A DNA stretch of 64,000 bases from Candidatus Bathyarchaeota archaeon (GCA_963707955.1 OY970176.1:1280001-1344000); one strand, 5' to 3'. Shown: positions 29,727-40,749, counted from the first letter of the stretch. A program made the numbers and translations. The notes: generated by a model from the letters alone, not told the origin.

Positions 29727-30093
29727 ATGCTCATTCCTTTTTGAGAGACTTCAATGAAATGATGATAATTAACTTTTGCATTTGCACTATTTACAAACTG
29801 GTAGGCAGCTGAGAATCTGTAAGTCCAACAAAAATCCCACTTGAGGTAAAAAAAGAAAACAACATTTAATGCCGATGAAGAACACGTCGAGAATTATCAA
29901 GGGGTGAAGAATGGCCAAAGATTCTATTAGATTGCGGCATTCACGGTTCGTCGCGCGCGCTGCTTGCAAACTAATTCGACTGGCAAATTCTCGCGGAAAA
30001 ATGCGGCGTGATATAGAAGATTCTTGAGAATTGAAACAGTGGACCCCATCGACTTCGTTCAAGGTGTCATGCAATGCTACGCTTCAGGGGGCG

Positions 30094-31032
30094 CTAATAT
30101 TCATTTTTGATTAGAGACTTTAGCCCATTCTTCAATTCAGTCTTGGGCTTGAAGTTAAGCGATTTCCTAGCCATATTTATATCCGCATAACTGTTTTCTA
30201 CGTCTCCCTTTCTCGGTTTTTCATAGACTGGTTTAAGGCTGGTTTTGCCCGAAAGCTCTGTTATAATGTCTGCAAGTTCTCTGATCGTCGTAGGCTTTCC
30301 GGTTCCAACGTTGAACGTTCCACCATCAATACGCACGCTTTCCAGGGGCAGCACGCACGCGTCGATGACATCTTCGAGGTGTATGAAATCACGCGTTTGT
30401 TTCCCATCGCCATAAACGACCGGTGATTCGCCGCTCTGTATCTTGCGGATAAACCTTGATATTACTCCGCTGTACGAGTTCGCATGCTGTCTGGGACCGT
30501 AAACGTTGAAGAGTCTCAAACAGCAGGTTTTAAGTCCGTGGATCTCATGATAGTTTCTGCAATAATTCTCAGCAGCGAGTTTTGAAACACCGTAAGGCGA
30601 CAGAGGCGTCGTTGGGTGCTCCTCATTTATCGGCAAGTAGCGGGCCTCGCCATAGACCGCAGACGAAGAGATGTAGATGAATCGATCAACGTTTTCCGCA
30701 AGGCTTGCCTCTAAAATGCTTAGCGTTCCTCTCACGTTTACGTCATTGGTGAGAACTGGGTTTTCTACAGACAGGGGCACGTCTACTAAAGCAGCTAGAT
30801 GAAAAACTGTAGTTGCTCCTCTCACAGCCTTTTTAACAGCTCTCGAGTTACGTACGTCCGCCTTTATCATGTGAAGGCTGGTGCTGCTCAAATGCTCCTT
30901 AAGGTTTTTAGTTGTACCAGCAAGGAGATTGTCTAGAACAGTTACTTCATGCCCTTCTCTGAGGAGGCGGTCAACCAATCTGCTACCTATAAACCCAGCT
31001 CCGCCGGTCACCAGAATCCTTGAATTGTTCAT
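30094..31032 (-). CDS. NAD-dependent epimerase/dehydratase
   Basis: [13 protein letters not shown] and NVYGPRQ motifs. Confidence 0.93.
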   Translation of the reverse strand: MNNSRILVTGGAGFIGSRLVDRLLREGHEVTVLDNLLAGTTKNLKEHLSSTSLHMIKADVRNSRAVKKAVRGATTVFHLAALVDVPLSVENPVLTNDVNVRGTLSILEASLAENVDRFIYISSSAVYGEARYLPINEEHPTTPLSPYGVSKLAAENYCRNYHEIHGLKTCCLRLFNVYGPRQHANSYSGVISRFIRKIQSGESPVVYGDGKQTRDFIHLEDVIDACVLPLESVRIDGGTFNVGTGKPTTIRELADIITELSGKTSLKPVYEKPRKGDVENSYADINMARKSLNFKPKTELKNGLKSLIKNEY

Positions 31033-31039
31033 TGTTGTT

Positions 31040-31372
31040 TCACCAGCTGATACCAAGTAGTTCAGAATATATCTTCATCAGCCTCCTAGCTAGCAACGGC
31101 GCCAAATGTGTAGAACTCACGTAGAATAATTGGTCTTTCACTCTCCCATTCTGCCATTCATCACTGGTAAGCGCCTTGGAGATGACTCTTATGGCTTCGT
31201 CTGTTTCCTTGAGCTCTTCTAGGAGGCATTCTTGAAAAAACCTCTTGGAAACTGAGTGCACAACAGGGCGTCCGCACGCCATAGCTGCGATGGCAACTGT
31301 ATCCAACTGTCCAACTTCAAAACTGCCCAACACCAAATCACTTTCCCAATACAACTCATTCATCTTGGGTCT
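31040..31372 (-). pseudogene. 3' remnant of a GT4 glycosyltransferase, paralogous to 41088-42023
   Basis: LYWESDLVLGSF..GQL..VAIAAMACGRPVV matches YYWNADIVIDRF..GSL..VSLEAIACGRPAL; the N-terminal two-thirds is missing. Confidence 0.75.
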
Positions 31373-31383
31373 CTAGGCTTTTT

Positions 31384-32082
31384 TTAACTTAACGGTTTTT
31401 TGATGTTCAAAACGTTTCGCAAGGCCAAAAGAATTGGAACGCCAACGATAAGGGTGATTAACACAACAAGGGCATCTTCAATGAAAGAGTCAACCCCGCC
31501 GCCCACGAACACAGCTGCGGTATACGCAGGAGACCAGCCCAGAACACTGTAGAGCCTAGCTGGTATCAACAGAAAGACTCGGGTTAGACCGTCCATGGCG
31601 ATTGTTGTGAAAGATACGATGACTAGGGATACAGGAAGAAGCTTCACGTTCTCGCTGAACAGGTTTTTACTCAACTTACCTGCAGGATACACTAAACAAA
31701 CGGCAGCAATGGTGTCTAGCATAGGCCAGAGCGGAAGCGACTGGCCCAAGGGACTGATGAAGTATGCGGCAAGCATAACGGCGTAAATCGCTATGACCGG
31801 CTGCCACTTGTCTCTTGTCAAGAAGCCTGCAGTCATTACACTCAACGGCTCTGCGATTATCCCGAACATCCACAAAGGACTGGGAAGCACCACTCTGCCT
31901 ATGGTACTGCCGATCAAAGCGGCTATGAGCCCTGCCCAGGGACCCAGAACCATCCCCTCGATAGGCGATAAATAGATAGCCCAATTTCGCCATAAAATCG
32001 CGGGCGAAATCAAATACAACGTGGCATGAAAAGCCGCAAAAACCCCGATGAACGCCACAGTTTTCGTCGACAAGGGCTTCAT
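31384..32082 (-). CDS. ECF transporter S-component-like membrane protein
   Basis: STKTVAFIGVFAA and GMVLGPWAG..A motifs; about 6-7 TM helices. Confidence 0.7.
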   Translation of the reverse strand: MKPLSTKTVAFIGVFAAFHATLYLISPAILWRNWAIYLSPIEGMVLGPWAGLIAALIGSTIGRVVLPSPLWMFGIIAEPLSVMTAGFLTRDKWQPVIAIYAVMLAAYFISPLGQSLPLWPMLDTIAAVCLVYPAGKLSKNLFSENVKLLPVSLVIVSFTTIAMDGLTRVFLLIPARLYSVLGWSPAYTAAVFVGGGVDSFIEDALVVLITLIVGVPILLALRNVLNIKKPLS

Positions 32083-32328
32083 ATTTCAATCGAACGTAAT
32101 TTTCTACATCAGCTAATATGCATTATGGGTTGCAATAGCTTAGCGCCAGACGAACCCACCTCCTGGGCTTGGGCGTAAGCCACAAAATGCGAGACCCTGC
32201 GTGCCAAAATAAGGTTTAATTAATTTAGGGACAAGCCAGCGTGCCTATACTATGAAAGCAGTTATATCAACCTTTATCATCTAAAAACTCCAACTGTTCG
32301 CGCAATGGTAGGAGAACAAGCTGAGTAA

Positions 32329-33801
32329 TTGATAAAACTGAGAATAGACGTTGACTACCCCTATCCTTCAAGAAACAAGAGCTTCTTCTACACAGCGCTG
32401 AGCATCAGACCAGACAAAGATTATCTGAAGAACTCGAAAATAATCGCAAGGATGATAAACGAATCACCGGAAGAAGTGGAAGCCACGTGGTTCTTCACTC
32501 CAGCAACAACCCCGGACAGGGAGCTACTGAGCCTGCTGAACAACGATAGACACGAAGTTGCACTTCACATCGTCAACAACCCTTATTCTGAATGGAAGAA
32601 TATGGAGAGAATGACAGGCAAAAAGATGCGTTATTACACCGTCCACGGAACAGAAAGGTTGCTCGCGAGAATCATGTGGAGACGGTGGACAACGAGATCA
32701 CCAAGAATCCCGCAAGAATTCCCTCTAATCTCCTTCTATCAGTTTCCCACAAAACATCTGGACGCTATATGCTACTCCACTTCGACTGACAAAGCTGTAA
32801 AGATCGCCCAAAACGCCATACGAGAAGGCCATGTCCTGCATTTCCACCCGATCTGGCTTTTTCAAAAAGGAAAGATTAACCACAGAGGGCCCTTCTACGA
32901 CACGTTAAGAAAGATACTTGACGTGGACAAGGACGTTGAAGCAATAGCGTATCGCAAGAAAATCTTTTTCACAATAGCTAAAAACGCGGAAGAATATGAA
33001 AAAGATGTTGTTCCAACAGGCGAACTCGTCGCGAAGATGCGAGAAAGAGGAGCTGACGTGTTCACCTTCCTAGAGAGAGGGTGGGTCCGCACACTCTCAT
33101 GCTCAAAATCATGGGTCAAAGGAAGCGACAACATCGCACTTCTTCACGTAACAAGCTACGATGACTGGTGGAAAAGCATAGGGAAAAAAACCCGTAACGT
33201 GATTCGCAAGGCAGAAAAAAGCGGAGTGAAAACGAGAGTAGCCGAACCAGACGAGAAGCTAGCAGAAGGCATGTGGAAAATCTACAACGAAACCCCAATT
33301 AGACAGGACCGCGCGTTCCCACACTACGGTGAATCCCTGGATGCAATAACTAGAGGCTTGCACTCGACACGAAACGTCACATACGTAGGAGCCTTCTTGC
33401 AGGATGAACTTACAGGATTCATACAGCTAGTTCACGGTGACCGCATAGTCATAATCTCCCAGATACTTTCATTGCAAAAACACTGGGATAAGGCAGTGAG
33501 CAACGCTTTAGTAGCAAAGACGGTTGAAGTTTGCGCAAGCAAACATGAAGAATGGCTCATGTATGCACGCATGGGAAACCACCCTTCGCTGGACAAATTC
33601 AAACAGAGCAACGCCTTCGTCAAGTTCCCACTGACACGTTATTACGTGCCACTAACAGGAAGGGGCAGAGTGGCCCTAAGACTTGGGTTGCACGTAGAAA
33701 TGAAAGACGCTCTTCCGCAGAGAATAAAGTATCCGCTCATCCCATTTTACAACTGGATAAGCAGAACAAAAGTGAGAATCAGGCTTCGTTTGAAAACGTA
33801 G
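32329..33801 (+). CDS. Polysaccharide-deacetylase-like domain fused to GNAT/FemAB-like domain
   Basis: N-terminal LRIDVD, HEVALH and HFHP motifs; C-terminal KKTRNVIRKAEKSGV and SLDKFKQSNAF motifs. Confidence 0.7.
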   Translation: MIKLRIDVDYPYPSRNKSFFYTALSIRPDKDYLKNSKIIARMINESPEEVEATWFFTPATTPDRELLSLLNNDRHEVALHIVNNPYSEWKNMERMTGKKMRYYTVHGTERLLARIMWRRWTTRSPRIPQEFPLISFYQFPTKHLDAICYSTSTDKAVKIAQNAIREGHVLHFHPIWLFQKGKINHRGPFYDTLRKILDVDKDVEAIAYRKKIFFTIAKNAEEYEKDVVPTGELVAKMRERGADVFTFLERGWVRTLSCSKSWVKGSDNIALLHVTSYDDWWKSIGKKTRNVIRKAEKSGVKTRVAEPDEKLAEGMWKIYNETPIRQDRAFPHYGESLDAITRGLHSTRNVTYVGAFLQDELTGFIQLVHGDRIVIISQILSLQKHWDKAVSNALVAKTVEVCASKHEEWLMYARMGNHPSLDKFKQSNAFVKFPLTRYYVPLTGRGRVALRLGLHVEMKDALPQRIKYPLIPFYNWISRTKVRIRLRLKT

Positions 33802-33977
33802 AACAGCACCTTAACGCGTACCCGAGGGTTTTGCTCGCTTCTGCCAAGTGTTATGGCGCAGCTTAGTCTCAGGCATACGATCGAAAAACTGATCCAAAAC
33901 GTGGGAATCATATTGCACTAGAACACAAAAAAATATACCCGTACACTGTTATGATCTGATTCGACAAGGGTGGCTTC

Positions 33978-35468
33978 TTGGCAAAGAAGGAAATAAGAGT
34001 TCAGTATTCAGGACTCATATTTTTCGGAGCCAAACTGATCAGTGTTGCCACAGGCATCCTCTTCACTCTACTGCTGGGTTCATTGTCGCAAGATAAGCTA
34101 GGAGCCTGGGGCATCCTTCTCAACATAATAGTCCCGTATTTCACGCTGTTGTCAGGAGCACTCTCATTCTGGACGATGCGCTTTGTCGCCAGAGACAAAG
34201 AAGGGGCAGCTAAAACGGGGATCGTGGCAAACATGACCATTGCGACAATAGCCACGCTCATCTACCTAGCGTTGCTGCCGTTGGTTACGCAAGCGTTTAG
34301 CCTACAAGATTACGTTATAGCATACATTCTAGTTGCAACACAAATAATCGAAACTTACATTATCACAGTCTTTGAAGCGTGTATGCAAGCTCAGCGACCA
34401 CAGTTCGTAGCTTACGGTTTGTTGATTGGAGAAGTGCTCAAAGTCGTCCTTGCTTACACTTTTGTAATAGCACTTCACTTGGACCTCGTGGGCATGATTC
34501 TCAGTCTTGCAATAGCATTCGCCGTCAAAATAGCATTCTATTTCAAGAATATGTTGATCGAACTTCGACAGAAGTTCGTCTTCAGCCACGTGAAAGAGTG
34601 GCTTAAAGGTTCAACGTTCAACTTATACAGCGCTATAGGTGACAGAATTGCCAGTGTCATATTCATCATGCTCAGCGTTTACGGCCAGAAGATCGGCGTG
34701 AGTTACTACACTGCAGCGCAACTAATCACGAATGTAATAGCGTACTCCGGCGCTGTGGCCTTTGCACTGTACCCGAAAATTCTGGCCGAGCGGAAAATGG
34801 ATGAGGTCACCTCCTCTCTAAGGATGGTCTTGATGTTCGCAATTCCTATGACTGTCGGAGTCCTCGCGATTCCTAACTCGTATCTCATCTTTTTCAATGT
34901 GCAGGGCACGTACGTAGTTGCCATGCCAGTCCTGATAATATTGGCGATCGACGCCCTGATCCAGACAAACGCAGGGTTCTTCACCAATATACTCTACGGA
35001 ATTGAGAGTGTGGACGAAGAAGCAAAGATACCTGTAGGGCAGCTCGTGAAAAGCAGGCTGTTCATATCCTTCTCTTTGCCTTACCTTCATTCAGCGATAA
35101 CTCTGCCGATAGCTTACTACGCTCTGACGCACTTCGCGAACAACGACCCGCTGCTAGTTGCAGTCTACGTCACTGGAATATTCATGATGGGACATCTGAT
35201 CTGTTTTCTAGTTTTGCTCGGTGTCTTGCATAAGGCCGTCAGGTTGAATATTCCATGGAAAAGCATTGTGAAGTACGTAGTTGCATCAGCGATTATGGCG
35301 CTAATTCTGATCGCAGGTCACCCAGTAGCGAGAATTTCAACACTCATATTCACTGGTGTTGGAGGATTGGCTTACCTATCATTGCTCGTTGCAATTGACA
35401 AAGAAACAAGAAACCTCGCAATAGTAATATGGGGAACATTGAAGACAAGATTCGGAAGAGGTTATTGA
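33978..35468 (+). CDS. Oligosaccharide flippase (Wzx/MATE-like), copy 1
   Basis: About 14 TM helices; paralog of 39226-40749. Confidence 0.85.
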   Translation: MAKKEIRVQYSGLIFFGAKLISVATGILFTLLLGSLSQDKLGAWGILLNIIVPYFTLLSGALSFWTMRFVARDKEGAAKTGIVANMTIATIATLIYLALLPLVTQAFSLQDYVIAYILVATQIIETYIITVFEACMQAQRPQFVAYGLLIGEVLKVVLAYTFVIALHLDLVGMILSLAIAFAVKIAFYFKNMLIELRQKFVFSHVKEWLKGSTFNLYSAIGDRIASVIFIMLSVYGQKIGVSYYTAAQLITNVIAYSGAVAFALYPKILAERKMDEVTSSLRMVLMFAIPMTVGVLAIPNSYLIFFNVQGTYVVAMPVLIILAIDALIQTNAGFFTNILYGIESVDEEAKIPVGQLVKSRLFISFSLPYLHSAITLPIAYYALTHFANNDPLLVAVYVTGIFMMGHLICFLVLLGVLHKAVRLNIPWKSIVKYVVASAIMALILIAGHPVARISTLIFTGVGGLAYLSLLVAIDKETRNLAIVIWGTLKTRFGRGY

Positions 35469-35472
35469 CACA

Positions 35473-35502
35473 ACGCGCCAAGCAATGCTAAAAATGGCGC
35501 GT
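35473..35502. terminator. Hairpin between convergent genes
   Basis: ACGCGCCA...TGGCGCGT 8-bp perfect inverted repeat. A terminator role is inferred from position. Confidence 0.4.
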
Positions 35503-35582
35503 CCTCAACCTCTTGATTGAAACAGTTCTTCGTCGCCTCAGAAATTGGTCCTGAAACGTGTCTAATTCTCCAAGAAGAGTCA

Positions 35583-35852
35583 CTAGGCCAACAGCTCAGA
35601 AAGAAGGGCGTTCAGTTCGTCTTTGTCTCTGAGACCCCTGAAAATGGCTTTGCCACTTCCGTAAAGTCGAAAAGAAAAATCCCTGTAGGTCAGTTCGGAA
35701 ACTATTCCAGCGATAGACTTCTTTGTAACGGCTTTTTTCAGAATCTTCTTGACAACTTCTTCTCTCTTATCGTATTTGAAGATCACAATAACATCTTTCT
35801 CTTTGCCGCATGTCCCTTCAACCCTGACCACGTAGTCTTCTAATCTGACCAT
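35583..35852 (-). CDS. Small hypothetical protein, coupled to sufS
   Basis: 89-aa ORF whose start overlaps the sufS stop; GTCG and FRLYGSGKAIFRG motifs. Confidence 0.75.
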   Translation of the reverse strand: MVRLEDYVVRVEGTCGKEKDVIVIFKYDKREEVVKKILKKAVTKKSIAGIVSELTYRDFSFRLYGSGKAIFRGLRDKDELNALLSELLA

Positions 35853-37090
35853 TAGAACTGCTCGATCTCCTTCAGCACCTCAGTGAAACTGTCAATCTCT
35901 TCGCGAGTATTGTATATGTAGAAACTCGCCCTTGCTGAGGAACTCAGCTTAAACATCTCATGCAACGGTTGGGCACAGTGAAAACCGCTTCTTATCATTA
36001 TTCCATAATTGTCAAGGAACAAGGCAACATCGTGTGAGCTTAGACCATCCACGCCGAAGGGAATTATTCCACATCTAGCAGACGTGTCCTTGGTTCCGTA
36101 AACTTCAAGCCTCTTGCAACAATCTTGCATGCGAGGCAGGGCATACTCGGTCAACCTTTCCTCATGCTCTTTCACGTTATCCATGCCGACGCGTTTGAGG
36201 TATCTCACGGCTTCCATGAACCCAACCGCTCCACCGACGTTCGGTGTTCCAGCTTCAAACTTCCACGGCAAAACATTCCAAGTTATTGAACAACGCTTCG
36301 TCCTTTTGTCGAAGGAGACCTCCCGTATCATTGCGCCCCCGCCCTGGAAGGGCTCCAGCTCCTCAAGAATCTCACGCTTTCCATACAGGACTCCTATGCC
36401 CGTTGGTCCTAACATCTTATGGCCCGAAAAAGCAAGAAAATCCGCGTCGAGATCCTTAACGTTCACCGGCATGTGCGGAACAGATTGAGCTCCGTCCACC
36501 AACATCAGGGCTCCGTGTTCATGCGCTGTTCTCGCAACTCTCTTCACGTTGTTGATTGTTCCTGTGACGTTTGAGACGTGAGAAAGGCAAACCATCTTGG
36601 TCTTCTTAGAGATCACTTTTTCAAAAGAGTCGTAGTTCAGGGTTCCGTCTCTGTTCACTCCGACGTATTTGATTTTGTAACCCCTAATCTTCGAGATTAT
36701 TTCCCAGGGAACTATGTTGCTGTGGTGCTCCATCAGCGACAGGACAACTTCGTCGTCCTCTTTTAGGTTGCGAAGTCCCCAAGCGTAGGCAACCAGGTTT
36801 ATGGCCTCAGTTGTGCCTCTGACGAAGATTATCTCTTCCATCCCTCTTGCGTTTATGAACTTGGCAACTTCTTCGTGAGCGCTCTCATAGAGTTCCGAAG
36901 CCTCTTGAGAGAGCGTGTACACAGCCCTGTGAACGTTTGCGTTGTGGTTTTCATAGAAATCTTTGATGGCGTCGATCACTTGTCTCGGTTTCTGTGTGGT
37001 CGCTGCGTTGTCGAAGTAGATCAAGGGGTGATTGTTTATCTTCCGTTTCAAAATCGGGAAATCCTTCCGAATACTGTAGGGGTCTAACAT
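35852..37090 (-). CDS. sufS: Type II cysteine desulfurase
   Basis: YFDNAATTQKP, EHHSN, SGHKMLGPTG and RSGFHCAQP motifs. Confidence 0.95.
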   Translation of the reverse strand: MLDPYSIRKDFPILKRKINNHPLIYFDNAATTQKPRQVIDAIKDFYENHNANVHRAVYTLSQEASELYESAHEEVAKFINARGMEEIIFVRGTTEAINLVAYAWGLRNLKEDDEVVLSLMEHHSNIVPWEIISKIRGYKIKYVGVNRDGTLNYDSFEKVISKKTKMVCLSHVSNVTGTINNVKRVARTAHEHGALMLVDGAQSVPHMPVNVKDLDADFLAFSGHKMLGPTGIGVLYGKREILEELEPFQGGGAMIREVSFDKRTKRCSITWNVLPWKFEAGTPNVGGAVGFMEAVRYLKRVGMDNVKEHEERLTEYALPRMQDCCKRLEVYGTKDTSARCGIIPFGVDGLSSHDVALFLDNYGIMIRSGFHCAQPLHEMFKLSSSARASFYIYNTREEIDSFTEVLKEIEQF

Positions 37091-37590
37091 TATTTTCCTT
37101 CTGCCGCTTTCATCCTTTTCTCAAGCATCTTTGCTAGTTGTTCCTCTTCCAAAGCCTGTTTCTCTTCGAAGCTCGGCTCTTTCTGCAACCAGCTGGGAGA
37201 AGCCCCTATCTTTTCAAAGTACTTTCTTAACGCTCTCTTCAGTGCTCCCACGGCTAAGATGCCGCAGTGAAATTTGACGGTTGGCAACCCGCCCACGGCT
37301 TCTGCCACGCTCTTGTAGGATACTTTCCACGCGTCTTCAAGCTTCATGCCTTTTACCATCTCAGTTACTATGCTTGACGTGGCTATGTTCGCGGCGCAGC
37401 CATAACTCTCAAACGATGCCTTCTCAATGACGCCTGCGTCGCTGATCTTCAGGTAGAAGGTTATCATGTCTCCACACATGGGGTTTCCCGCGACGGCCGA
37501 TATGCTGGCGTCCTCCATTTTCCCGAGGTTCTTCGGGTTCCTGAACAACTCTAATATTTTTGGGTTGTAGGGCAAGGGGGCACGGGACAA
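37090..37590 (-). CDS. iscU: Fe-S cluster scaffold
   Basis: NPMCGD, GCAANIA and KFHC: all three Cys present. Confidence 0.93.
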   Translation of the reverse strand: MSRAPLPYNPKILELFRNPKNLGKMEDASISAVAGNPMCGDMITFYLKISDAGVIEKASFESYGCAANIATSSIVTEMVKGMKLEDAWKVSYKSVAEAVGGLPTVKFHCGILAVGALKRALRKYFEKIGASPSWLQKEPSFEEKQALEEEQLAKMLEKRMKAAEGK

Positions 37591-37592
37591 TG

Positions 37593-38816
37593 CTACTCCG
37601 CTCCTGTAGAACCGGTTATACCTCTTATTCGATCAACAGCCTTGGGAATTACTTCCAAGGCATAATTTATGTCTTCCTCGGTGTGAACCCTCGAAACCTT
37701 CATCAGTATACTGCCGTGAGCTTGGTCGAACTTTCTGCCTATCGCAACCAGAACATGGCTCGGCTGCAGCAGCCTTCTGGAGCAGGCGCTTCCGCTTGAA
37801 ACGTAGACGCCGCTGAGGCTGAGCTCTATCGTCAGAGCCTCTCCTTCGCATCTAAGGAAGCTTATGTTCGCGTTGTCAGGAGCCCGCCTCGCTCCGACGG
37901 GACCGTTAAGCTCAATGTCCACTATTCTGCTGGTTATTCCATCAACAAGCTTGTCCCGCAGCTTCTTTATTCTCCCAACGTTCTCTTCAAAATCTTGGAA
38001 AATAAGCTCAGACGCTTTCGTGAAACCGACGATCAAAGGCGTATTCTCTACCCCAGGCCAGAGCCTCTGCGTTCCTATCTGCCCTTCCAAGATTCTTTCC
38101 AATTCAACACCTTCCTTCACGTACAAGCAGCCCATTCCTCTCGGCCCCAAAATCTTGTAGCTGCTGACCGTTGCCATGTCAACGCCCAAGTCTTGCACGT
38201 CGAACGGCACCTTGCCATATGCGTCCGAAGCGTCCGTGTGAAAGACGGTTTCCTTGTTCTTGTCCTGAACTATCTCCACTGCCTCCTTTATCGGTTGAAC
38301 CGTGCCTATCTCATGGTTCACCGTCGACAAGCTCACGAGGGCAGTTTCGTGGTCGATGGCTTCGCTCAGTCTGTCAAGGTTCAAGAAGCCCTCACTGTCA
38401 ACCGGAATCTTCGTTGCCGTGAAACCGCTTTTCTGAAGCATCTCGACGACGTGCAAGACGTTTATGGGTTCGACCTCTGAAACCACGATCTTCCTAGCTT
38501 TTTCCCTGATCGCAAGAGCAGTTCCCATTATTGCCAAGTTGTTGGCTTCGGTTTCCCCCGGAGTGAAGTTTACTTCCTCCACGTTTTTGCACTTGAGGAA
38601 GGACGCTATCCTCTGAGACGATTCCATTATCGCTTCGAACGCTTCCCAGCCCGGCTTGTGCGTCAAAGTGGGGTTTCCATAGGCAAGTCGACTGTAATAA
38701 GGCAACATCGCGTCAACGACATCTGTTGGGACGGCGCTTGAATTCTCGATGTCCAGATACACTTCACGTTTCACTCGCTCGTGCGCCTTCAACAGTTCCT
38801 TAACGTTTTCAACCAT
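37593..38816 (-). CDS. iscS: Type I cysteine desulfurase-like protein with divergent PLP site
   Basis: SSGSACS, TEANN and NHEIGTVQP present; SSYK replaces SxHK. Confidence 0.8.
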   Translation of the reverse strand: MVENVKELLKAHERVKREVYLDIENSSAVPTDVVDAMLPYYSRLAYGNPTLTHKPGWEAFEAIMESSQRIASFLKCKNVEEVNFTPGETEANNLAIMGTALAIREKARKIVVSEVEPINVLHVVEMLQKSGFTATKIPVDSEGFLNLDRLSEAIDHETALVSLSTVNHEIGTVQPIKEAVEIVQDKNKETVFHTDASDAYGKVPFDVQDLGVDMATVSSYKILGPRGMGCLYVKEGVELERILEGQIGTQRLWPGVENTPLIVGFTKASELIFQDFEENVGRIKKLRDKLVDGITSRIVDIELNGPVGARRAPDNANISFLRCEGEALTIELSLSGVYVSSGSACSRRLLQPSHVLVAIGRKFDQAHGSILMKVSRVHTEEDINYALEVIPKAVDRIRGITGSTGAE

Positions 38817-38861
38817 ACGCTGCTCAGCTCTTCCTTCTTGATCGCCTTCTACTATTCACTG

Positions 38862-38919
38862 TTTCTGATAGAAAAGCGTAACCCAGAAGAGAAATCGTTC
38901 CCGCACTCAACGCGTTAAA
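38862..38919 (+). repeat. Left direct repeat of the glycosylation island
   Basis: TTTCTGATAGAAAAGCGTAACCCAGAAGAGAAATCGTTCCCGCACTCAACGCGTTAAA, similar to 52232-52288. Confidence 0.88.
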
Positions 38920-39225
38920 ACGTGCGCTAATCATGAATCTTAAAGAGAGAACACACAGCTACACGCAATAGAAAGAACACGACTATTTAGTGAGCGAGGA
39001 TTAGATAAGCACTATTCTGGAACAATTGTACTTTACGAATCCTAAAAATGAGAACTACAACGAGTTTCACGCTATTTGCTTAAGGTTAAGGCTTTGTCTA
39101 AACTTTCTCTTATTAGAGCGCGCGAAAAACGGTTTTTAAGGATCCTTCATTCAGTTCAAGATATTAAAGAGGAAACAATAACTCGTGTGGGAAAACGGAA
39201 ACAGCGCGTGCTAAAGGGACGACGT

Positions 39226-40749
39226 GTGAGTAGGAATAGAATAAGGGTTCAGTATTCAGGTCTCATAATATTTGTGGCTCAGATGCTAAGTGTCATAACG
39301 GGATTAATTTTCATTCTCCTGCTCACGAGAAGCATGTCAAATGATCAATACGGTGTATGGTCAAACATTTTTGATTTGACGGGATATTTTTTGCTTCTAA
39401 GCGGGCTGTTTCCGTTTTGGGCAACGCGCTTTGTTGCTCGCGGAAATGAAGGGTCAGCGAAAACGGGGTTTTATGCAAATCTACTGGTGTCTTTGGCTTC
39501 AATAGTGATTTACGTTCCTCTGGTTCCTCTGCTCATGAGCAAATTCAACGTAAGTGGAACATATCTGATGGTATATGTTGTTGCATCTGTATACATAGTC
39601 GCTATTTACTTGATTACTATACTAGAAGCCATTTTACGTGCGGAAAAACCTCAAGCTACAGGATACGGACTGCTTATAGAAGAGATATGTAAAATTTCGT
39701 TAGCATACTTGTTGATAGTGAGGTTTCAATTTTTTGGTCCAGTGAACCAGTTTTTTGGGGCGATGATAAGCCTCGTCGTGGCTACTTCGATTCAAGTAAT
39801 ATACTACTTGAAACTGGTGTTAAGAGATCTTAAGCAGAGGATTCAATGGAGCTACGTAAGAGAATGGCTGAAAGGTTCAGTCGGGTACATTTACAACGCG
39901 GTTGGTGTTCAGATAGCTGGTTTCATTTTCCTTCTGCTCTTCATCTATGGCGGTGAAGCAGCCAGAGGAGATTACCAGGCAGCAGCAACGTTTGCAGGCA
40001 TAGTTGGATATTCTTCATCCTTGGCCTTTGCACTATATCCAAAACTGTTGGCGGAGGATAGCCTGAAGGATGTCACATCTTCACTGAGAACAGTGTTGAT
40101 GTTCGCGATCCCGATGGCAGCAGTTGCCATGTCCATGTCCAAATCACTTTTGACAGTTTTGAAAGGGTCTTATGCAGATTCCTCGCTTGTACTATTCCTG
40201 CTAGCAATCGACGCAGTCATTGTCCTGATATCACAGTTCTATACTTCAGTGCTCCTCGGAATAGAAAAGCTGGATCAAGGAGCAAAAATCCCGCTTAAGC
40301 AATTTCTAAGGAGCAAGATGTTTAAAGTGTTCACATTACCCTACATACAAGCGGCTATTGCCTTACCAGCAGGATTATATGTTTTGACACAGCTTGCGAC
40401 CGGTAATCCTTTGCAAGCAGCTATCTACGTAACTATCATAAACATGGGGGCCCACGTTGCCGCAATTCTTGTTCTGTACATGATTACGCTTGGGGCAGTA
40501 ACGATAGTCGTTCCCTGGAGAAACATAGGAAAATATGTCTTCGCATCAGCAATCATGGTAACTGTTCTATACCTACTTCCACATCCAACAACAATACTCC
40601 CTACGCTTGGCACCGTCGTAGTGGCCGGAGCAATTTACGCTGCACTACTATTAGCGATCGATAGGGAGGCGAGAATTTTTGTTAATTCTATATGGGAAGA
40701 GATCAAGAAGTCATGGAAGCAGTTTTTCGGCGGGGAGGCAACGACATGA
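39226..40749 (+). CDS. Oligosaccharide flippase, copy 2
   Basis: IRVQYSGLI, EWLKGS and AFALYPK shared with copy 1; GTG start inferred from the alignment. Confidence 0.85.
   Translation: MSRNRIRVQYSGLIIFVAQMLSVITGLIFILLLTRSMSNDQYGVWSNIFDLTGYFLLLSGLFPFWATRFVARGNEGSAKTGFYANLLVSLASIVIYVPLVPLLMSKFNVSGTYLMVYVVASVYIVAIYLITILEAILRAEKPQATGYGLLIEEICKISLAYLLIVRFQFFGPVNQFFGAMISLVVATSIQVIYYLKLVLRDLKQRIQWSYVREWLKGSVGYIYNAVGVQIAGFIFLLLFIYGGEAARGDYQAAATFAGIVGYSSSLAFALYPKLLAEDSLKDVTSSLRTVLMFAIPMAAVAMSMSKSLLTVLKGSYADSSLVLFLLAIDAVIVLISQFYTSVLLGIEKLDQGAKIPLKQFLRSKMFKVFTLPYIQAAIALPAGLYVLTQLATGNPLQAAIYVTIINMGAHVAAILVLYMITLGAVTIVVPWRNIGKYVFASAIMVTVLYLLPHPTTILPTLGTVVVAGAIYAALLLAIDREARIFVNSIWEEIKKSWKQFFGGEATT

Noticed and set aside
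29787-30074. 95-aa ORF between the dehydrogenase and epimerase genes
   Set aside because: No motifs; it spans a CG-run junction and is probably spacer or debris.
32125-32180. Hairpin upstream of the ECF-S-like gene as a riboswitch
   Set aside because: A single imperfect stem with no aptamer consensus that I recognise.
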